This document shows, piece by piece, positions 47,901 through 59,900 of a stretch of DNA of 62,000 nucleotides. Each line of letters starts with the position of its first letter. The first letter of the stretch is position 1. The notes below the pieces were generated by a model that was not told the origin of the DNA, searched no databases, and saw only the letters and a program-made list of their open reading frames with translations. The DNA comes from Acanthaster planci (lineage: Eukaryota), in assembly GCF_001949145.1 (NCBI RefSeq), contig NW_019091401.1, positions 62,001 through 124,000 of the forward strand. Direction: 5' to 3'. The position numbers and the translations under genes are program-made.

Positions 47901-50900
47901 CTGTTGCTCAAAAGGTAAACTTGTGCATACAGGCAAAGCCAAAGGCTTTCATTCAAAAGTACACTGACACTGGGAGAAAACTTATGATACATGTACATGT
48001 ACATACGGTGTACATTAGGATACATCCAGATTTCAGTCCAAAATTATCAAGGATGCCATATGTACTAGTACATGCAAGAAAAATGGACAAAACTTACAAG
48101 TATCAAAAAATGCTAGGAGAGAATAATCCCTTCCCCACGGGGCTCCTTTCCCCCTCCCACCCTTCCCCACTAGATGGGTACAGTATGTGCTCTGAGTATC
48201 ACTGAAATGAGAACGGAACTTTCCAATTTTACCAGCTGTATGTGTACATGTACACATGTACTCATACGTACATGTGTGCCTGCACCTTGATCTAAAGTCT
48301 AGTACCAGTGCATGTGCGGGTACCCTGAAGGTGTACTGCACATTACTCTGGGGATACACGCCCATGGCGAGTCTGCCCTATGAGTGAATTGAAGCAGGTG
48401 GTTCTAATGAGGAGCTGCTGTCCCAGTGAAAAGAGCTAAACCTCAATGAAGACCTGACGACAGTTGGAGCAGCGCCAGTGTTATGGTGACGATCAATGAT
48501 CTATGAACCATTACTTGCCACTCACTAGACACGCTAAATTTCTTTCATTAGATCTGGTGAAGGGTGGTGTCGGGTGTTACTGTCTGTTTTTATTCTTTGA
48601 TTGACACCCTTGATGCATGCTCTTGACATTGAAGGGGTGTGGTAAGGGATTGCTCATTTAATGTACTGCTATCCATTAGGTGTGGGCAGAACTACTCCAG
48701 ATTAAATAAAATCAATTTCACTGCACTCAGAATTGGAATCACGACTCCACTTTTTGAGACGTCGAGTCTCTGTAATGGCTGATTCTAAGCACCCAATGGG
48801 TTTCCAGTAGGCAGCTTCATGAAGGTGCTGAGCAACTCCGTACAAAAATTGATTCTAAACTTGGAACTGGATTCGGATTCTGAATCCCAATTCCACTTGC
48901 TTTGAGGAATCGATTTCCCTCAGAGATCGATTCCTTCTACCTGAGTCTTCATTCCAGATACCGGTAGTACACAAAAGCTAACATGAACATGTTCTCCCAT
49001 TTCCTCAAATCATATGCTACTGATAAAATTCACGTCAAAACCATTTTATGGGAAGTGATCAATCATGTTACAAAGAGACAGATTCTGATGAGTGAGTAAC
49101 CATGAGCTTCCCATATTACTGTACAGGTACATTTTTAGTGTATTTTTGGCCAGAGAAAATTGGAAACGTTTCCCAGTGGAATCACAATTCCAATATGGAA
49201 TCGGAATAGATTCCAAAATGCCAAAATCACCCAGCACTACTCCATGACAACCATAAAAATACTTGAAGGCATGTTACGGGTATACCAAACAATGTACATG
49301 TACGGCGCATGTACCGGTACATGTACATAAACTTCAATGCATCACGTAAGAGTCATGCAAAGTACACGTGCATATGCTGCATGAACACAGGGATAATTTT
49401 ACTCATTATCCCACTTTTTATCAGTTGCGTGTGTTATACATTGTACGAATACATGTACATGTATGTTGGATTGAGGAGTGTTAAGGTTAATCAGCAGGGT
49501 GGATCCAGATGTTTCATTCATTAACCCTAACCCTCCTCAATCCTTCACCTGTTGGAGGACTGAGGAGTGTTAGGGTTAATGGAATCATTAATGTTCAGTC
49601 ATTCATGACTGCAGGAATAAAAATTTTGCATATTAAACAGGAGCTGAATATTCATTGTTTTTAACCCAATATCTTCAGACTACATGTACCGGTACCTATG
49701 GTTTTTACACCCAGCCATAGTACCGGAACATAAGGTATATCAGAGCTTGACATATTTCCCCAAAACATGGTTGCCCCTGGGCAACTGCTTTCATGAAAAG
49801 TGGTTGCCCAGTGTTTCAGCTTTGGTAGCCCAGAATAAACCTTGCTAATGAGCGTCGATTTGCAGTAAACATTGAAAGAGTGTCCAACAGAGATGGGTGG
49901 GCAAATGCAAAAAAAACCAATCCGAGAAAAAAAAAAGTCTGCAAAAAACCCCACAACACATAAAAGTCATTATGGTCATAATTCATTGAACACTCAGTTG
50001 TTGCACGTGTTCCCTACACACAAATCACTGACGGGCATTGAAGTATAGGGAACATAGTGAAAATGTAGTATCCACTGAATACGTAGACCGCCAGCATCAC
50101 ACTTTTTTTCCTGTGCGCCGTGCTACCAGTATGTAGAAATCAAACCGCTGGTTCCCAGACCTGAGGAATCGTTGGTGAATCTGCAGGCTAGATCAGTGAA
50201 CCGGACTATGTACATGTACACAGTATGCCTACAGTTTGTACACAGCACGCACATTGGCCATATTGCAAACTCAGGGAAAACCTCCCTGAAATTCGTGAGT
50301 CGGATTGAGGAATTCATTTTTTTATTTCCCTTGAAATTGTATTAATTGAGATACAGTACAAAATAACAATGAGTGGAGAAAAATTAGTACTGTGCTCATG
50401 CCAGATCTTTTTGGTTGTCCACGGACAACCATTTGTGGAAATTCTTGTTGTACAGAAATATTTTTTGGGCGCCCGGGCAACCAATTTAGCAAGGACTGTA
50501 AATGCATGCTTTTTCCCAATTTCATCTAAAACTGTGCTGAATATCTGAATATTCAATAGATTATTGAATATTCAAATATTACCAGTATTTTTCAAAGTTG
50601 AAAATTTGAATGCAAAATTCATGAAAAGGAAGGGACAGGCTTTTTTTGGTTTTAAACGAAAAAATTTCACAATGGACCCTAGTTCCAAGCAGATTCAAAT
50701 GAAAAGCGACAGAAACCTGAGAATGCTTCAAAAAGTACATATACATTATTCCTTGAAAAATTTAAAAGGAATATTTTTAACAGACAAGAAGAGTTATTCG
50801 TCTCTTAATTCTTGCTGAATCTTGGCTGGAGATACTCTTACAGGTGAGAAGCTATTAAAGTGATTATAATGTACAATTGTAGGCCTCAAATTTCCTAACG

Positions 50901-53900
50901 GCCATGGTGGTCATGGCTGCCGGTACCCTCCAATTTGGCCAAGGTGCCTCCGAAAAGTGATCGTGTTTCACGCCAAGATGGCAGTGCCTCTTTTTTTCTT
51001 GGCCGTAATGCCCTACACGTGCATATTGACTGCCCCCGTTCAGCGAGGTACACGGAAAGCGGCATGGAAAGCAACATTCGTATTCCATGATCACTCACAT
51101 TCGACTGGAACGACGTACCAAAATGCATGGCACGCATACATTTAAGCAAGTGTATGTGGGGATATCGTACACTCAGCCCGCCGCGCACCGGCGGCCCGGC
51201 ACGGCCTACGCCATGCACACAACATGATCGCAAGCATGGCACAGTCAGTGTTGCCAGGCCTATTCAACAACTTGACACAACAGCACATGCTCAAGCCAAG
51301 CATTCTAACATACATGTACCACGCAGAAAGGTTGGTTTAAAACTAAGTGCTCATCAACGTGTACGCATTAACAGTATATCGAGAGCTCCACGTTTTTCAT
51401 GCACACATGACAACTGTATGGTCGTGGCAGTATCTTAACTAACACCGCCATGTAATGTTTGCAGTTGAGTGCAACATGCCACGCAATCCGAACTGTACAT
51501 ACATGTACATGTACACAACATTGATCGGGACAACCCTGATTCTCACGTACGTTGTTGGGTGCAAAATCAATCAGCCTGGCCGGTTTTTGTGGCAGGCAAA
51601 ATGCCGAGGAAAGAACGGCTGCAGTCAAAACGGGCCGAAGCCTTCCAAGACTCAGCTGCTGGTTTGGCACTAATCACAGACATGTTCAGGTATAATGTAT
51701 ACATCCAACTTTTTCTTAGGCCTGAATGAATAGTGAATTTTCATGCAAAAATATCGGGATGGCATTAATGCCCAGAACTTTGGTACGCTGATGGCATTTA
51801 ATGCCCTCAACTTTGGCATTAGTGCCCTTGATTTCAGCTAGTCCAACAATGCCAAATGGCAGTGTCCTAAAAAAAATGAAATTCGAGGCCTGCAATTGTG
51901 TGCGTTATTGCAACTGACTTTGTATACGGTTTGTTCATCAACAATCTCTCGGTTGGTACTACCAAAAATTCAGATATTCGATCGAATTGAAGGTCGAATA
52001 TTCGAATAGTGAATTATTCGAATTGACTCAGCCCTAATTTCATCCGCTAAAGTAATATTTCATTTAGATGACATATATGAAAACTACACTGTACATGTAT
52101 ACAGCTACCAACAAGCAAGGGAAATGCCCACATCAGAGATCAAACTTTACAAGGTGGTATCAACAATGTGCAACACAAGTCCATGTACACTGTGCTTACC
52201 CTAGTAACTGCCATGCTGCACTGACGGGCAACCTCTGACCTTAGATCAGCCACAGTGGCGCCAATGTCCATCACCACGCCCACCCTCACTACCCTGGGCT
52301 CCCGGTCCATGTACACCACGGCTACGGCCATAACTCGTGTTGTGCGTTGGGGTATGGGCAGGGACACGCACAAGAAGGGGTCAAAGGTGTTGCTCTGCCG
52401 GCCGCAGTGCGGGCAGGTCAGTGACGACCGCAGCTGTGCCTGGAATAGGTCGTGGATGAAGCTGTTGTTACGACGCATGTGATTGGCCAACATCTCGGCA
52501 GCCAGGATCTCGTCATTCTTGTTGTGACGATTCTGTAGAATTAAACACAAATGGCAATAAGTTACAATCTTATCCAGTACTGTACCTTCTTGTTGGCTAT
52601 ATTAGGACAAGTTCAAACTTCAGGTGAATGTGACAGAGAAGCTAATTTGATGTCGCAAAACAATTTCAGCAAATTTGCTTGAGTTGAAAAGTGTTTCATT
52701 TTTGCGAATTGGCAATGCATGTAATTGATTTAATGCCATGAAGTCATATCTGCATTTACGTTCTTGCCAAATTGAAGTTGAACCGCCCATTAGAACACAG
52801 CAACCTTTGTAACCCATTTTGACTTGAAGCATCCCCTCACAGGTAAAGAGGAGATACATGTAGGTTGGTAGGAATCTTTTCATCTGGGCACCAAACACAC
52901 ATACATGTACATCATGTGTGTGGCTCTATTCCAACACACATGGACTTTCAGTACTGCTAGTAAAATGTACATTGTACATGTACATACATGCATTAACTTG
53001 TGCACCTGCCCAAAGACAGTTGTGCTACATGTATGTACATGTACATATGTACCGGTACCTTTTCTTGTTCATGTACATGTACTGTAGTAGAACAGATCTG
53101 TATCACAGACCTACAGTAAGTAGTAGTCAACTGTATTTTATTTGCATTGCCTCGACAGACAAATTATACACAGCTTCATGCTTGAAAATGAAGCCAACTT
53201 TAGCATATTTACAATGTACATGTACACGTTACTGCTTGTAGAACTTGGACTAGAGATCCCATGGTTGATAATGGCACATACATGTACATGTAAAAATGAA
53301 CCTGTACACAGCATTTTAAAGGTAGCTGCAATAAATCTGTTTGAAAAAAGACCTTTGAAATGCGCCTTTGTGTCTCAGTTAACCTTATTTTCAACTTTTG
53401 TTTCACTACTTCAAAGGATATTCTCCTGGTTTTGCGGTTTATGCTAATGAGTATTTCTATATTCATGGCCAGAACTGTGATGTCATATCAGCAACAAACC
53501 ACATTGGTTTGTACACAAAAAGTCCTACATGTACACGTACACTTTTTTGGATTTTCTGGGATTCAGTTGTCTCTTCTTTGCTGATTCATTGTTGCTTATC
53601 CGCATTCTGCCGGGGGCACTTATGAATGTTGATTCAGCTGGAACGAGATCTTTTTCATTTTTTTAAGTTTTAAAAATTCTTTAAAAATTCATATCTTCAT
53701 TTACTGGGCACTTACACCCACGCGAAGGACTGTCTGGTTCTATTCTAATCTGACAGACAACATCTATTGACGCAAGAGTATTTCAGCCACACCTGCCACC
53801 TTGTAAAAAGAGCCCAGACTGTGTGGTGTTATGTAATTTTTTTTGGTTCACGAACGGGCACAGTGCGCTGCTGACCTCTATACAATAGGGGCCAGATTAG

Positions 53901-56900
53901 CGAGTGGTAATTTGCTCATGCTGAATGCCCCAAACAGTGGTATACTGTTTCAAAATAATGCTGGATTTTCTCCACTACATGTATGTACAGTGAAAAATTG
54001 TTGGTAATTCCCAACAGCCTGGTCTGTTCTTAGGAGTACAGTCTTTTGTTTCAAGGCCCCAGTTCGGGGGGAGGGGGGAGTTGGGGTGCACATATTTTTT
54101 CAAGGGGGTACTACCCAAAAAAATGCTGCAACTGTATAGAGCTCTACAAACTCAACAGACCTTATGAACAGATTCCAAATGGGAGGGGGCACCAGCATCG
54201 TAAGATTGACCAAATGCTACACACTTTATCACACATTGTGCAATGCAAAATGCACAGGGCTATGCTGTAATACTTGAAATAACAATTCGATTGACACATA
54301 TTGTACAACAGGGCACATTATCCTTTAAAATACGCATGATACATGTACATGTGGAAATCGAGTCAGTGAGGAGCTGACTTCATTGGTTCCCACATAACTT
54401 GTGTTCACATGAAATAGCCAAAGTAGGGAACCAATAACGCACATGCATTTCGTGCGAGCAGCGCACACGGCGTGCATGGCCAGCTCCAGGCACGGTACGC
54501 ATCCAATATGTACAGTACATGTACAGTATTGACTAACAACATGTGGTCATGGTTTCACATCTCACAGTTGGACATTGCACTAAGTTTTAACTTCTGAACA
54601 TGCCAAATAGAAGTTAAAAGTAGTGCAAATGTAAATTTGATCGATGAAAGAGTGAGAAACAAGTTCAACTCACACTGGCCAGAATAAACAAAAGTGATGG
54701 ATGTTTCATTTTTGACTAACGTTATGCTTTTGGTTATAGGGAAGTCTGATGTAAAGCACAGTGCATCGTACATTTTTAGAGTCCCCTAACAATGCACGCT
54801 TCAACTTCATCTGACTTGTTGCAAAATCTCTTATTGCAAAAACTTCATTTTGTTAGATATCTGTACTATAGCCTTCATAATACATACTGCTGAATGGTTC
54901 AGTGTCATGAAATTTTGACCGAACTTCAAAAACGGCGGCATCCCGAAATTGGGCAAGAATTCAGCTGAGTGTTCCAAGACCATGCCAATGTGGCGCACTT
55001 GAAAAAAATTACCCCAAACCCAAATAAACATTAAAGAAATTCTTTGAGGTTGATAAATTTTGCTAACTTATTACCTCTACTTACCTAGCCACAAGTTTGT
55101 TTGAAGATTACTATCATTTTGGGTGCATTTTTAAAGAATTCATTTGGACTTCAGAAAAAAATTGAAAATTCAAGCCAAAATAAAAATTTCATCGGAACTT
55201 TGTAGCAGGTTGAGATTTTTGGATCAGAATGTTGCGAGTTTCCGGTTTCACTTATAATGAAATTTGAGGTAAAAATATTGCTCCTACAAGGCACTAGAGA
55301 CAAAAATCAGAGCGCGCCTTATTAGGATACATCAACATACATGTACATGTATCCTTTCGCAAGTAAGCCATCGCCAGCCACACAAGAAAGCCAATACAAG
55401 TGTTAACACTTGTGCAAACAAAATAAAGGCCAGATTCTCTCAACAGTACAATTTAATTCATCTGTGTGCAGGTATTTTATACCTATTTTCAGGTACTTTA
55501 TGCCTACTTTACCCACTTTAAACAATTTTCGGCTCATGACTGAGAACCCACTTGATTTGAAAGACCATTGTTGAAGACTTTCTTTTATTGTTTTCTTTTA
55601 TATGGATATTCAATGATGTCATGCAGTTATATTGTGAAAAAAGAACTACACAAAAGTATGTACATGTAATTGCCTTGCAAACATTTTGAAGAATAGAATA
55701 CTGCATGCCCCCCTATCCCATCCCCTCCCCTCCCCCAAAATAACCATATTAAACTGGCTGCATGTGTACACGTTGCATGTGATCGGATGATATGCGTAAT
55801 TGCCTCATCTTTTCAAGGTACACGTAAGTTGATCTTATTGCATGATTTTTCAATATTTCCACCATCAGCCAATTGCCTTTTCTTTCTAATACTTAACGAA
55901 AGATTGTTTCAAAAAAGGGAGTGTGAGTGAGTATGTGACAATGCATCTACCGGTAGTGACAGGGTGATAACGCAGATCTGCCGATCATTGCCCAACATGT
56001 CTATAAACTGTGCACATACTGGTACATGCATGCACCTACATGTACAAGTATTCACGCCCTCCATGGTGACATTATCAATTTTCCCTAAGGTCAGTTTTCA
56101 GTAATTTTGCATTAGTTTGAAACACGAAAAGCAAACTGGAATGTTTTGATGTACCAAGTACGGTACGGTACATTGGAAAATGAATGTTGAAATGTACTTC
56201 AGTTCATGTACATTCTAATGTTATTATCAGATGTACCAATAGTCAACAGTGGAAATAAAAAATGAAGGACTAAATGAATTTCCCACTAAGTTTGGCATCC
56301 TGATGAAAATGGATATTTGATATTTGGGTGTGAAAAATGTTGTTGAGGGTTCCTGCAGACTGAGATGTACGGAGTACATTGCATGTACAGGTACATGTAC
56401 TAGTAATGCACAAATCTCAAAAAACAAAAAAAAACCAGGCGGGATAGACCACATCCTCTACAGTTGTAATTCAAGGCGCTTCAATCATTTGGAGCCAAGC
56501 AGTACAGGGATGAGAACTCCATGAGGTGTGCTGGATTAAAAAGAGTTGATAAAGTGAATGGGATCAAACTTTAACTATGTGTACAGTATACAATTTAGGA
56601 CATACATGTATCAGAATGAATACATGTACATGTATTCTTGTTTACAACTGTATAAGGTGTACAATACCAGTACCATACATGTACAAGTATACAATACACG
56701 TACATTTTTTAGGATGATGAAATATTTATTTCAATGCTGTCATTTACAATGTAACCAAATACCTTCACATTACGTTAAGTACTGAACATAGCGGTATCTG
56801 GCCATTAAATTTAGTAACATTAGGGCCTCATAAAAGAGGATTATACACTCATTCCCCCTTTTGAAAATATTTTCATAAGAGCATCTTCGAGGATGAACTG

Positions 56901-59900
56901 TTTTAACATTCAAGCCTTGATGGGATGTTTACTAGACTGTTGTTATAAATTGTCCATTTATTTATTCATGGGTTAATTAAGGGCGTGTTTTTTCAGGGGT
57001 GTCAAGGAAAAGCTGTAATGGAATCAAGCTGACCCTGGAGAAGGTACAACTTCATGCCAGATAATTCCTTGGAATCAGAGTACAAAACATTAATCTAAAA
57101 CTTTTGATGAAAACTTTCTTTATGGTAGCCAATTCCAGTTTCCCAGGGCTTTGCTTCCAGACACTTCAATGCAAACTTGCTGTGGTAAATGTACCGTGCG
57201 GGTACCCAAATGTATCAGTGTTTTAGACAGGGATTAATTATCTTTAAATGACCTTGCATAACTACCAGCATAAAGTTACAGTTCAGTAATACTACAAGGA
57301 TTTATGGCAAGTGTTTTTTTTTTATCAGGTGACTTTCGAGTCACCGTAATCCACCATAAATTTCCAGATTGATATTAAATGGTATCCTTTGAAATAGCCA
57401 AAAATATTGGAGAGTTGGTAAACCAATAAACCAATGGCCCTGGGTTGGACTAATCACGGCACATGTGGGGCAGGTGTCGTATTGGCAGCATTGATTGAGC
57501 TTCCCAGCAGCAAAAATATAAAGCAGAGACCTTGACAGTAAGCATTAACCAAGCAGAGGTGTCAGGATGTGGGATTGTTATGCAACTGGAAACATGCATG
57601 AGAGCCTACACTTCTTAAGTGATGTGCTACAGAAATAAAACACATCATCGCATGACAGGTTTTGAAAGGGAGTGATTTTGCCACTGTACCACTTCAACAT
57701 AACCTTTCAACATGTTCAACATATACACCATGTACTGTACCAGGACACCAGTGTACCGCTACATGTGCAGTGTGATGAATTTGGCTGAAAAAGTGGTCAG
57801 ACAAGATGCGCAAGATCAATTTGTTCTGCCATTATCACGTTTTGACTTGACATACGGTACATGCACTAAGGTCATTATGTGCTCGCACACATACCGGAGG
57901 TATTGCGAATGTCATGCCCCCAAAAAAACCCAGGAGTTGCTATTGGGAGTTTAAAATACCGGTAAATTTCGTCTGGACATTTTGTTACATGTATGTATAC
58001 ATACATGTATGTTTACATGAACACATACATGTTCATGCACACTGTACATGCATCATGTGAAAGCAAGAGCTCTATATTTTTGGGGGAGGTGTTCTTATCA
58101 TTTTTTTGGGGGGGGAGGGTTCAGAAAGTACAGATTTAGGGAGGAATCTAATGCCTGGAGACCCCTGACCCTCATTTTTTAGGAGAGGTGGCACATGAAA
58201 GAAATTTTGCTTGGACCTTTCTAAATCTACACGCCAAATGCTGCTGAAAATACAGTTTGGCAAATTGCTGGTGTAATGTGCGCTCCTGAATCTATCACAC
58301 CACAGTGCGCATTGGTGCACAATCTGAAACCATCCAATTTCAATATGATTTTACATGAACCCTGGAGGTAAGGGTTAATTACTAAAAAGATGTGTAGTTG
58401 CAGGCGTGAAATCCATACAGTACCACTGTACATACAGGTACATGTATGGTGCATGTGGTCTACACAGGAACAAACATCAAGGTTAAATACTAATTACATT
58501 ATGACTCATCACATCCTTGTTTACCAAACCAGAGTTCTGCAATGTACACACGCATGGAACAATGATACACCATGTGCACACAGGCTACTGTCTTTTATGT
58601 CTTCAGTACCCAAAGGTATGAATAAGTTTTGTTACAATCATCGTTTCCTGGTCTTCACTGGGTATCAGTTCATATGTACCATATATGTACCTGTCGCCTG
58701 TTTCATTTGCATTATGAACAGCACAGAATGCACACCGTATTTTTTGCATTTACAATGTGTAAATTTTAATTGACACACTGCACGCTTGTCAGCTTGATTG
58801 TCAGTGATTTTAAAGCATGTGCAGTGTGCGCGAAATAAACATGTTGGTAACTGACATGGTTGACCTTTACAAGTGTTTTCTGGCCAAATGCTAATTAATA
58901 CGGTGACAGACCAGTTGCACAATCCTTTCCTATAACTTCTACAAAGTCAGGCACACCAGTGTTTGTCTGGACAAACTTCAAGACCAATGCAACACCTTAG
59001 TTAGAAAGTACATACATGTACATTCGTTGATAAATCCAAGAAGCTGTCACTTGTTTTTTGCATACATGTACATGTACATGTATCTTGTGTTGTTTTTCTG
59101 CCAGATTCCTCTAAAAATGGGTTCTCCTAAATTTAACAAACCTTGTGAAGAAACTTGTTTAAATGTGGACTAGTAAAATTATGACATACTCAAAATGCAA
59201 ACATGAAGTTCATTCACCATCTCCGGTGGTGCCAAAGTACACCTACAGTGTATATGTACTGTAAACACACGAACATGTACATGTATGTGTTCATGTACCA
59301 TACACTAAATGTACAAGAGGTACAGTGTACATTGTACAGTTGTCACATGTACATGTAGGTTGCCCTTGAATATAATGTGTGTACAGTATGTGTACTGTAG
59401 ACCAGTTTAGCAAAGAATTTCAATGCTTTTCCTTCAGGGATTGCACTGTACACAGCCATACACTAATATAAACAGTTCAGGGACATACATGAAGGCCACA
59501 TTCACAAATCTGTGTTGGAAGTTTCAATTTGGGACAATGTCAACGTGGCAGGCATACACTGTTCAGAGTGTGTGCCAGCTACATGTACTGTATGCCTCAT
59601 GAAAATTTACACATTCAAATGTCAATTCTTTATAAACGTGTGTCTTTTTAAACTGGACATGCTCACCTGTGCAGCTGTGAGTCATGACACATTTATCAAA
59701 TGCCTTCACCGAATACGATTGAATTTCAAGCATGAATATTAAATTAGTGAAAAGTCGGGGGGGGTTAGGGAAGAATTTGAAGAAAAGATGAAAGAATGTT
59801 GATAAAAAAGCAATTCTTCACCTTTATTAAAGTGATAACAATATACACAACCAATGATTACAACACAAAAAATCAAATTAGAAAATCAAATAACGAATGA

